Source: Bugula neritina (lineage: Eukaryota; Animalia; Bryozoa). From it: a stretch of 64,000 nucleotides of DNA. The number at the start of each line of letters is the position of its first letter. The stretch's first letter is position 1. Under the pieces are notes generated by a model, which searched no databases, was not told where the DNA came from, and worked only from the letters and a program-made list of their open reading frames with translations. The stretch is taken from the NCBI GenBank assembly GCA_964035545.1, contig OZ037765.1, positions 10,860,698 to 10,924,697 on the forward strand, read 5' to 3'. This document shows positions 52,076 to 64,000 of the stretch, piece after piece. The position numbers and the translations under genes were made by a program.

Positions 52076-55000
52076 TAACATAGCATACTTGAGATAACTT
52101 ATTATTCTCATGTGTAATGTAATGTAATTTATATATTTAACAAATAATTTGGATTTTTGAATTTGAAAATCAATAATAAAATCTAAGCTTTCCTAAAAAA
52201 AATCTTGTAGAATTTTCAGTTAGAAATCTAATGAATTTATCTTTAGAGAGAGACAACTCTCATACTAGTAGCAGCTCTTCTGCTGTTCCATTAACACGCA
52301 TAGCTAGCAGTCTACTGTCTATCCAACCCAGTGATTCTTTTAAATACTATCTGTACGTGGTTTGGTTTACACTTTATATAATTATTGTCTAAAATACTGC
52401 CTGCTAATAATTTGAAAGCTTATTGGTTATGAGTAAGCAGCCATTAGCTGTTCACAGTAATTAATAGGAGCACACGAAAACATTTGTAGCATATATACTT
52501 TGCTTGCAGGGAACTCTGCAGTAGATGTTCTCTACATTTCTATAATTTACAACAGCTGATTTGTTGATAGCAACATATCAATGTGCTAGCTGATAAATTA
52601 GTGGATGTTTCCGGGGAGCAGCAGCGTGGATAAATATAACAACTGATATATTATTAGATAGAGGTTTCAATTAATTTCATTCCTTGTGAAACTTTAAACC
52701 AGGACTCATCTCTGTGCGATTGCTTGCTTGACGCTGCAGTTTTATAACATCTCATTTTAACAAATGCTTTAGTAGTAAGACTAACAACTGTGACTGCATT
52801 CACGTCAAAAGGTATGAATAATTTTTATATATAATGTGTAATAGAATAACATCCTGTTGTTTATTTTAATCCCATGTTTCATATCGTATGATTTTATTTA
52901 TCATTTCACTCAAGGAGTTTTCTTCCTTAGCTAATTGAATACCAGAAATACAATGGATATATAATGATATTGTTTATAAATAGTGATGACACGAAATGTC
53001 AATAGTTACTGAAGATATTTGCTTCATTCTCTCCTCACACTGACTAAGTTTATCTTTCCAGCAGCTTACCTTTTATTTGGTTTACTCACAGAGCTTCCAA
53101 AATCGAGGTAGGGGTAGATTACAGAAAACTGTCTTGATACTTTTGACAAATTTTAAGCTATTCCTCAATAAAGTTGCTTATTTTCCTTGTTTGAGAACTT
53201 AGCATAGCCTAAATACAAAATACTGTTAAGTAACAGATTGCATCAGATATTGAAGCATATTTTATTAATTAGAGAATATTTGTGCATTACCCGTAGAAAA
53301 GACAAAGCAATTTTAACTACATTATTTTCATTATGAAATAGCTTGTAAATGTGTACTTTGCGTTTCTTATTAGTCCTTTAAATAGCTCAACTTGATCTAT
53401 ACAACATAGCTCATACTATTGCGGATTAAATTGACCTTTACTCACCACTTTTTTCTGCCATTACTAACTGCTGAATTCTCCCTTGTCATGCTGCGTCAAC
53501 AGTCATTCTTGTCGTCTGTGTCTTAAATTTTTGTCTTTGAATATCTTCACGTTTCTCTTAACGTTTGTGACGCAACTACATTATGTGAGTTAGCATTGTA
53601 CAGTATACATGCAGGACTATAATTTTCACACTAATCATAAATTAGACACGGTGATTCTATTCTTCAACTGCTTCTTTTGTGATCTTTTTGAGAGCGTCAC
53701 ATTTATCTCTTGGACATGAAAGCTACATTACTCATTTTTAGCTGCTATTTCTAGGAGTTACACTTAAACCACTGTCTCTCAGTTGATTGCTTTAAGGTGA
53801 GATTTGGGAATGTCTACTGTTTATTTAACTAGAATGTTTAAAGAACTGTGGGTGTCTGCATGATAGTAAAATAGAGGTAGAGTGCTCTGAAATTAGTGAC
53901 AATACAGCTAAATCTGGTAAAAGTTACCATTTAGGAGCAGTAGTGGAGAAATTTAGCTAGCCTATGTTTGTTAATTTTTTTATTAAATTTTGGTTTGTGG
54001 CGCGAGTAGATATTCTTGTGAGAACATAACTTCTTTTGCTACGTTTCTAATCTAGAACGCAGGCTTTTCTCAACTTTTCCATTACTGCACCTCCTCAAAG
54101 TTACAGTTCTTATAAAAATTGCTCATAGTTTATAAATTTACTGCATTGTATATTTTCAATAGAATGTGTCTACAAATGGCATGAGTCTATCAATGAAAGA
54201 TTTGAGATAATTGAATATTTGATGAGTAAGTTTTTTGAAAAGCCTGACAATTAGATGAAGGCATTTATTCATGAAGTGAATTATTTCTGCTTTGTATAAC
54301 TAAATGATAACTCTAGCTGCAGCGTCCCTCTTCTAGCAAATGTTAGCAACACGTCAACTGGTTAGCCTGGGTAGTAGCTAGTAGCATTTGTATTCTTGTC
54401 TCTCTGCCATGAACAGTAACATTATGTACTGCCGCATAGAAGTTGTAAGAAAACACAAAAATGTATGTGTTGATAGCCAAAGCATTCATCTCTTGCAGGT
54501 CATTTATAAGTCATCAACTGTTGATATCAATGTCATAAACCTCTTCAGAGAGTCCAAACCAGGATACCAATTAGATACCGGCTAGTCTTATAGTTCAGAA
54601 AAAGTATGTTGATTAGATATGCCATATACCATATCTGCTAATAAATGTTTCTCAAAAAGCATTTTCTTCAAAATTTATACTCATTGGATGATCTCATAAT
54701 CAACTCTGTATTGGCCATGTGTATTATTAGTTATGTAATAACTAATGCACTCTCCAGTGGTTAATAATAATTAATATGGAAATAATGGTCTAATTAGACT
54801 ATGATTTACATTCTACATCCCTTGTTATGCATTCAGGGAGATAGAAAAGGCTATTGTGAAATATTTCAAGGATGTTGGACTGCTTAGCCACGAATAGTAT
54901 AATTGGCTCGTGATCCCATATTTTGAATGAGTAATGAACTTTTAGTGGTGGATAAACTATTGTAAACTACCCTCTTGTTTAAACCAAGCAGCAATAGAGA

Positions 55001-57537
55001 TATAATATATTCTCTATTATCTTATATGCCATTAAGATTCTGGTTGACCCTCATATGGGATGTTGAGAGAGCCAAGTTGGTAAACCATCCATAGCTTTGT
55101 CAGTGTTTTAGCATCTGAATTTCTCACAAAATATTGTAATTTGAGTTGCTCGCAACAATGTGAGTCTTGAATAAATGTGGATAAATTTACAAGAAAAAAG
55201 TAAAAATGTGGTATCAAATTATTGAGTGTGTGTAGTGTTGGAGCAGTTCTTACAGACTGGAGTACATGAGGATTATAGTGGCTAGTGCTAACTGGTCTAT
55301 AGATATTTTGTGTGAAAGAAGGAGGGGGAGAGGGAAGGCTTTGTGAATGCCAAACTGCAGTAGACTGCAGTCTATTACCCTGTGTTCTGTAATTAGTATA
55401 TGACATACATATAAACATATCAAATCACCAGTAAATCTCCACTGATAAATGAATAGATTCCTATTGGCCGGTGCATTGACAAGTTTAGAAGTTGGTATAA
55501 AATGTAGCTGTATGTATTGTGTATACACAGCCCTTGAGTCTTATATTGTTACATGGATTAGAGGAGATGATGTTGGCTTAGTGCTTCAAACTAGTTTGCT
55601 GAGCAGTGTCACTTTCTGTCGGGAATTTTTAAACTCCTTCTTTTAATCTTTCTGGAATGTGGTATATGAAGACATAAGCTAGACAGCGATACTGTATGGA
55701 AATAGCAGCTGCGTAGTCATCATTCTCATATAGACAAGTGCCTGGTTCGTTAGCAGGTCGCTCATGTTCATTATATTATAATTCTATTCCGACACTCCAG
55801 GAAAATCATATCTTCTACTCAGTATTTCTCATATTTGACCATCAAATCTATTTGGATTTGTAACAGTTTGACTTGGCCTTTGCAATACCTCTCGGTGGTG
55901 AGTAAAGTTTTTTTTATTTGTGAATTCAAAGTCGTTAAAGTTGTAGCATGACAATTGTTGATGAGAAAACTGAAATAGGGGTGTTGAATTTAGATGAGAT
56001 TACTATTTGATGTGACAAGATTCATCAAAAGTTTTTATAACATAACTATATATTTTTATTGTGCTATTTCATAACTGCATTATTTAATCTTTGAAATGCT
56101 TTGATTTGTTTGACTTATCAAAGTTGATATCATGTTATGTCATTTCGTATCAGATGTTACATAATTCATTAACATTCTGTAGTCTGTAGAGCTAACAAAT
56201 TGATTATGTTTTTGATCACTATTACAATGTACATCAACAGTATCTTGTGCAAGCATGTACTATAATAACTCTAAAATATGTGTAGCGCACGTACCCGAAA
56301 AAATTTCTCTGCTTCTGTCTTGTGTGAAACGTAAGCATTTAAATTTGACACTGTTACTTTGAGTGAGGTACTACGGCGCCTTCTTTTCTAGTAAGCATCG
56401 GGAATATTAAGATATAACTTCTTGCATAACACTACATGAGAAGGTTGAAACTTGACTGGCTTTATCCATAAGATTTCTGTGTAAAATGCCGGGCATACTT
56501 TGGTATAATTATATATGTGAATATCCTAACACTGCAAATCTATTCCGGAACATACCATATTTTGGTATAACAAGCCCAAAAAGCTATACATTGCTCATCA
56601 CTCAGCACTATGTCTTCACAATGGGCTTCAAACTTTGTCAGCCACATATGTTTTGTAACAATATTTTCTGCTCTGTAAGCCAAGTCTTTTCAGATAGCTT
56701 GCATTGAAGATAAACATTATCTTACAGCCCACATTGGAGTATCTAATAAAGATCAATAAAACTGAATAAAAAAGGAGTAGATAATCAAGAGTGTGTTTTA
56801 TATGGTGATTTATAAACAATTTGTGATAGCAATGGCTATAAAGATACTAATTAGTAGGCCATGTTTATACGTTGCCAACTGCAGTTTACAGAGCAGGCCC
56901 TTAGTTGGCAGTGTTGATAACTAGTACGTAATTATTATGTTTACTATAATAGTTGTAACGAAACGTGATTACTGGCAGCTTATGTATTAATATTCCATAT
57001 CTGTTAGCCGATTCTGATGCTGCTATAATCATGTCTAGTAGATGAAGTTGAGATTCTCTCTGAAGCTATAGTGTGATGCGTGTAACTTCTGCTACCTCGG
57101 CCATAGTTGCTCTGGTGGCTGGTGGACTAATTAGTTGTTGCTATTAAGAATAACTCATTCATTACTTACTAATCATGGACACAGCAATATAAAATGATTA
57201 TTACTATTATTCAATGGTGATATTAGGTGTTGGGTGACAACATATTTGGTCCAGCAAAAGAAATGTTTGTTGCATTGAGTCACGTGTCAATTTATCATTC
57301 AATAATAATTAGTAAATCAGTCGATGATGAAGTTTCGACCATGGCTGTGTTGGAGTCCTATCACAGCCAGAATACAATTATTTTACTCTTCCTTGAATAC
57401 AATTTTTTTAAACTTTTCATTATATAAATTATAGATTATTCATTTACAATACTATTCTGTTTTACAGAGATTGGCTAAACTTGGAAACAAACCTGTGGCA
57501 TCACTGACTTATCAACACTAAAGTAATAATTCTGAAG

Positions 57538-60500
57538 ATGTGTGTGAGACGAAGCACTTACTGCTCCCTTCTACTTCAAACTATTTTTATTGGAATCTAT
57601 TCTTCAACACTGTTTGCTGAGCTGCTGCACGGGGAGAAATCAGCCAGCCTGACTGGAGTGACCAGCTCTAGTGGTGTGTCACCATCCACTCCTCTCAACA
57701 AGAACACGGTCAAGACCACTGATGAGTGCAAGGTTAGTGTCTACTACAACCAGTATAGACTTTGTTGGGTACCTTATTGAGTCTCTTTGATGAACCTCAA
57801 AAGTTACACAAAAGCTGTATTACAGAAAATTTTTCCAACCTACACTGACTAAGTACAAGATGTTATTTTCATGATTATTTTTAGAAATATTTGTGCAAAT
57901 ATGGGTACTTGACATGCAGTTGTCATCAGAGTACAAAGAGAAGAAAGAGGCAGCTGCCAGATGAAATGTTTCCCATAGAATACAATCCTAACTCTATGTC
58001 AACCACCCCTGACATGGAAGCAGCTGACGAAACTAGAAGGCAGCTCACTAGTCCATCACTAGTTCACGAGGAACAAATTCCGTGCACTGACAGCGACTTT
58101 GTCACAGCATTAAAGAAATTTCAAAAAAACTACCAGCTACCCGTAAGTGGGCTATGTGACTCAAACACTACAAGGCAAATGTCACAGAAGCGCTGTGGAC
58201 AGCCGGACACTGTAATCGATCAGCTTGAGGGAGAAGATGATGAAAGTTTAAAACAAGTAAGAAAAAAGAGATCATTATCAGACATGATAGAAGAAGTTGC
58301 TCGATTAGAGGAAGCAAAGAAGCGCCGGAAACAGCTATTCCAGCAGTACATGGACGAAATCAAGGCAGAAAAGGCAAGGCCATTGGCCATGCCTAAAAAT
58401 CACAAAAGAACTAAGCGGTCAACGTCAAAAGGTTTAAAGAAGAAGCGGGTTAGTTGGCGTCTTATGGTCAACCACGAATATCTGTATATATCTGGAGAGG
58501 AGCAGAGATCGATTATGAGAATGGCTTTCCGGTACTGGAGCGAAGTGATCCCTGTGTGCTTCTATGAGCACAAAGACAGCAACTCTGAAGCAGACATCGA
58601 GATAGGATTTGTTGAAGGTTTGTTTGTTTTGTTTGAGTTGAAACATAAGTAGGCAGTGTGCTCTAGTGAAGGTTATCATGTACTATTAGTGCTGTAAGTT
58701 GCCATCATTTCCATATTTTATATCACTGCAGTCCTAGTCTCATGCTGAGATGTTGATATGAAATATGGAAATGTTCATCTTGCTGTTCCTGTTACGTGTT
58801 CGTGGGGAAGTGGCAGGAAACCTTTATCTTCCTTCACACAAACTGTGATTAGTGTTTCATTTGACTCAGCTGGCTTCAATTTCCTTTTAAGATTTTGTAC
58901 ATCAATATACGTGAAAATCTGATGCATAACAACCAAATGCCATGAACTTCTGTGTGAATAAATGAAGAATAAATTTGCTGATACGCCTGTGAGATCAGAT
59001 TACTGCACACTTTTGGTTAGATTTGATTTGGCTTATTATTGTGACCACAATTAAGATCAAACTACACCAAACACAATGTTGGTTCTCATCAATTATGCCC
59101 ATACAGCGTTGAGCTCATCATGCCGTGTTTTACTCAATTACAATACCTGTTTGTTGTAACATGATACAAGGTTTTCAAACCATTCAGGTATAATTAGCAA
59201 CACTAATTAGACCAACTTTACATGTTATGGTTTATTTGAATTAATTTAGACTCAAAAATGTTTACCTGTTCACATGATGGTTTATAATTTTAGGAGTACA
59301 TCTTAATTGCTACAGACAGTTTGATGGCTATGGTGGAGAAATTGCTCACAAAGTAGATGATGATTTGCACTTTGACAGTTCTGAGCAGTACACAGTTGAA
59401 CTCGACTCCAGCACTAGACTCAGCTTGTTGCTGGTAAGACTGACTATTAGAACATGTGAAGGCAGCATGTAAGACAGCATGTAAGGGCGTTGTTTCAAGG
59501 CATATGCTACAGCAGACAGCAAACTTGTTTCTAGGTCATGTACTGTTGAGCTAAGATTTCCGGCACCTATCTAATAACTCTTTGTAGTGTTGCTGAATGA
59601 CTATGGGAAATAGGCTAATATAAGTTGCACTCAATAAACCTAATATCAATATCAATTGGTCTAAATTAGCAAATAAGATCAAATGCAACTATAGAATACT
59701 GTCAAAGAACAAGGTGTAATATTCTCACATGTTGCGCAGTGAAGTCCTTCGAGATAAAAATTGTATTACCATCTACTTGAGGAGCTTCTTTCATGTTTGC
59801 CAAAATTGAGAAGAAAACTCTAACGCAGTCATTAACCATGTTTGGAATTTCACATTATTGGCAGCAGGTGCACTTATGGTGTCTAGACTAAGGCCTTTTG
59901 CCCTTTTCACAGAGGATAACAAGCTTATTATACATGATTTTCAATCTTCACTCAATACTGTCATTGTGTGTTTTGACAGTTTGCAGAGTTGGCGGTTAAA
60001 CTAACTCCATCACCGCTGCAGCCAATTAAAATAACTAAGCCTTGTATTCTTCCAACTAGTCTTCCAACGTTATTTTTACAAGCAGTCATCATGGTAGTTA
60101 CATAGCTTGGCTTCTTCATTCCAATCTACATGCGCTATAATTACTAAGTTTGTGTATAAACTATATAAACATGTTTTCTGTGATTTTAGGTAGCAGCCCA
60201 TGAAATTGGGCATGTTCTGGGATTGAACCATTCCACCCAGGTGGATTCTCTTATGCATGCTATTTACCATCAGCTGTTAGACGGAACCTTCCAACTGTCA
60301 GATCATGATAGAAGGCAAATCACGAGCTTATATGGTAAACAAATAACTACTAGACTTCTTGCTCATTACTAATAGTCTAAGTATGTTTAATAAAATTATA
60401 ATATTCTATGAAATAAATTGCAAAAACATAGCTGCACAAATTAGTTTGTTGTCTGCATGTCATCCCTTCATCTTGAACAGAAGTTTGGTTAACAAATCAG

Positions 60501-62834
60501 TCAATTCAATGTTTGTTTTTATGTTGCAGTGCACTTAGAACTGGTCAACAGCAATTCGAAATTTGTTTGTTTGAGCTAATTTGTTCTAATATAATTTTGC
60601 AGGTCCATGCAATGGAAGTTTCAACAGCGTATTTGATTTTGTAAGAACAGACCTTCGAACTAACCGAAGAATTTTCAACAGCTACTTCTTCAGAGAAGAT
60701 CACGTATGGAAATACCAAAACAACCTGGAAAGGACAACAGTTGGTGATCCTATCAGAATCGATACAAATTGGGACAGAAGCCTTAAAAACATTGACACAT
60801 TTTTGCACTACTACAAGTACAATACCTCTACCTCCAGATTCTACGATGAACATCTTTTCTTCAAAGGTGAATAACTGCTATAGCTCGCTATTGATACGTA
60901 AGCACTTTAAGCACAATTAAAACAACGCTTAAACAACATGTACATTTGGCCTCAGAAATCTCTTATTGTTGAAAAATGCAAATTCCACTTTTTCTGCTAC
61001 TGCAAAAACAAAAGCAAAGCAAATGAATAAACCAGAGTTGAGCTTATAAAAATTTACCTTAAACTGCATTAAAGTTGATTATGTCGAAAAAAGTAAAAAC
61101 TTGCACTCACTGTATTGTATAGCATTACAGTGATTAAACTAATGGCATAGAGTTATCCTCCCAAATAGCCCTTGATTTGCCCTTTGAAGGTAAATCTGTC
61201 TGTGCAGACTTTGAGTAACAATTGTGTTGCGTTCACCCAGTGTGTTTGAACCATCACTTCAACACCCACGTTTCGATAGTGTTTGGTCTCATCAATTTCG
61301 CTCAACATGTTTGATCTCGTGGGTCATCAGTGCACGTGACTGCATGTTTAGTTGAGCAGATTTGTGGTTGCATATGTTTCCTTGTTATATGCTGGAACGG
61401 TTAGTAACACAGTGAATAGTCGGGCTATTCTAGTAATTTTCAACGTGCATTTACTCTTACATATTTAAGTCTCAATAATGCTTTAAATGGGCCATTTTAT
61501 TTTCTTGTACTTTAGTAGAACCTATTTTTACTGTGTGCATAACTCTATATGAAACTAAATACATTTAAAAATGCCTGGCATTTTAGTCTCTAAAAGTACA
61601 AATTATATACTAAAAAAGCTTTGAGCGAATATTACTTAAAATCAGAAATTTTAGTACATGCGCTTGAGTCACACCAGGAGTAAGTAACATGTTTTTCTAT
61701 TTGATATGACAGTTTTTTTATGCAACAAGGTTTTTCTATTACCTACAATATGTCAAATTAAAATGTTAAAATTTTCTGAAGTAATATTCCAATGTAATCC
61801 ACGAAAAATGTATAGCTACAATATTGCTCACTAGAAAGAGATATACTCAGGGATTTATTGCTTGTGTTTTGCTGTACAACAGTCAAACTTTACACTATTC
61901 TACTCACTGTGTATGCTTATCTTGCATTTTACCACTGTGATCATTGTATAGTTTTCATACTCACAGTATTTGTATTGTAGGCTCGAGCTACTACTTGTAC
62001 AACGCACATACTCACGTAGTAGAACAATCCGGCCGAATTTCTCAAAAGTATCCATCGTATAACTCGACCTTCTCAATACCCAGCAACCTGGATGCAGCCT
62101 TCTTTGACTTTAGACGAAGAGTTAGTCTAATATACTTCTTCAAAGGCAGGAAGGTACATCTTTTATAACATATCAGTTATTATTGTTACAAATAATAAGT
62201 TATGGATGCAGCATTGATCAGGTGGTTCACTGTTGGGGCAGCGTGTTTTTCTCATTCTAGATTATTCCATTCTGGAGTTTGTTTAATCACTCTGTACCCT
62301 CATTATAATATTCTCTTATAAAAGCATTTGGGCAAAAAGTTGAAATAATATATTAAACTTTGTGATAATAGAAAAAACAGATAAATTAATGCTTCGCTAT
62401 TTTTCTTTATTAATATACTACAGAACATCACGCTCATTGCCAAATTTATATGCGCTGTGTTATAGTTATTATTTATCATTGTGCAATATAGAAGTATGCA
62501 TGATGTATAATGTCTTTTGCGTATGTTGTAGGTTTACTCATACAACTACCAGCCGGGTAGCTCTCACCAGTGTTGCACAAGTGTTCAGAATATAGTAAAT
62601 CTGTTTCCACCAGCCACCCCAGATGACCTTCATTCTGAAAACTCATATGAAACGGGTATTGACACTGCGTACTACTCCAACTCAAAAAGAAAACTGTATT
62701 TCATTAAAGGCGATGATGTGTGGGTTGATGAACTGTTTTCCAGCAACAGCAACAGCCATGGCCATAGAATGAAGTACATTGGCAAATGGTACAATCAATG
62801 GTACTACATATGTGATGCAGATTGTCCTGCTTGA
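57538..62834 (+). CDS. MMP21: Matrix metalloproteinase 21-like, 7 coding exons
   Basis: Exons 57538-57732, 57885-58617, 59294-59433, 60190-60334, 60603-60866, 61981-62153, 62532-62834. Signal peptide, Cys switch KRCGQPD, HEIGHVLGLNH + Met-turn (SLMH), MMP21-type HLNC..FDG and hemopexin start GPCNGSFNSVFDF..FNSYFFR..T.VGDPI, C-terminal WYYICD. Likely 5'-UTR intron 55898-57467. Confidence 0.9.
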
Positions 62835-64000
62835 GTCTAAAAGCTTAAATCTTTATAAATACAGAAGCTACACCCAAAGAAGTGGTAGAAATTATGATTG
62901 CTACTTACCTTAACCTAGTAGAAGTACTTTGGCCATGGCTGGTTATTTTTGTCTGTATGATACCGTGTGTGCTGCATTCATATGTCACTATGTTATGTCT
63001 CACAACAACCCATTGCATATCACAAGGCACAAATTTTGTCTCTCACTATATAGCATACATGTCAGTGGAACATTCATGTAGCTCTAAATTTCAATCATCT
63101 TTTGTACAATCAACTATTTATCTAGTTAGCTTTTTCTTCCCACCATTATAAGTTATATACCTACATCAATATTTGTAATATAATTGTACACTGCTCTTAT
63201 TAGATGAAGAATACTCCTGTTAATTTATATACCTAATTCTACTGTATCATGACTTTTCATTTTTCAATACTTTATATTTGCTATTATGAATTTACTTTAT
63301 TTTCTCTGTTTCAATCATCTAAAACCAATCAGTTCGTGATGTATACGCTATCTTACAAATTTTGTATAAATAAAGTCAGTATAGCAGATAAATTGTAGAG
63401 TTGTAGAGTTGTTTACTCATGAAATATTTTATTATTGTGTAGACAACTTCAACTTTTTAACACAAAATATGTAAGATACTTATTGGGTTCTTAATTGTAG
63501 AATAAAATCAATACACCCTCAGGTTGCACAAATACTGTGTATCTAGCGTTTGCGAATTAAAAATAGAGCGAAAAATTTATCGATTATGTTATACTTCACC
63601 ACTGCAAACATGGTTAAAGTGTTTGATTTTATTGGTGCTTATTTCATTTTCAACATCTCTTTTATAGCTTTCTAGCATGTGCAATAGGTAGTAATATAAT
63701 AACTTGAATAAAATTTTGCTAGACTGAATTAAGACACAATATTTTGAAATGAATGGCTTTTCCCCTGTCAACCGTGGTTGATAAAGTATAATACAATAGT
63801 AAGCGCAACTAGATTCAGCATAATGAATATATATATTTGAAAAAAATAACTAAATAATATTTGACAGGCTTTCTATATCTAAACCATATCTAAAAATGAC
63901 TTATATATTATAGGAATATTATGCATGGTAACATTTCAAGTCATTAATAGCTGCTTAAACATTAGTTATTGCCAAGTTGTATATTGCAGAAAATTTAACT

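Noticed and set aside
59060-61330. Similar motifs (ggt.ctcatcaatt) in two MMP21 introns
   Set aside because: Similarity too short and degenerate to define an element by eye.

Overview
AT-rich, intron-containing animal genomic DNA. A spiralian/lophotrochozoan invertebrate is likely, inferred from the Aplysia-like Kv1 N-terminus. Six protein-coding genes can be assembled by hand with consistent splice phases: an intronless Shaker/Kv1 channel (-), SNRNP70/U1-70K (+, 10 coding exons), ROPN1L (-, 5), VPS41 (+, 22, one GC-AG intron), UROS (+, 7) and an MMP21-like metalloproteinase (+, 7). Repeats include three copies of a tRNA-derived SINE, two MITE-like elements, a DNA-transposon end and microsatellites. 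Three signals stand out. (1) The SNRNP70 intron equivalent to human intron 7 carries an apparent splicing-autoregulation module: a poison exon starting S-T-T like the vertebrate one, extra stop-generating acceptors, an AATAAA abutting two tandem near-perfect U1 sites, and a long stem-loop between a branch-point motif and the productive acceptor. (2) Two gene pairs match human neighbours as I recall them (KCNA7-SNRNP70 head-to-head; UROS-MMP21 tandem). (3) Self-complementary (ANT)n triplet tracts, including a ~250-bp palindrome, lie just upstream of the first coding exon of four genes. All homology statements are from memory; no searches were run.
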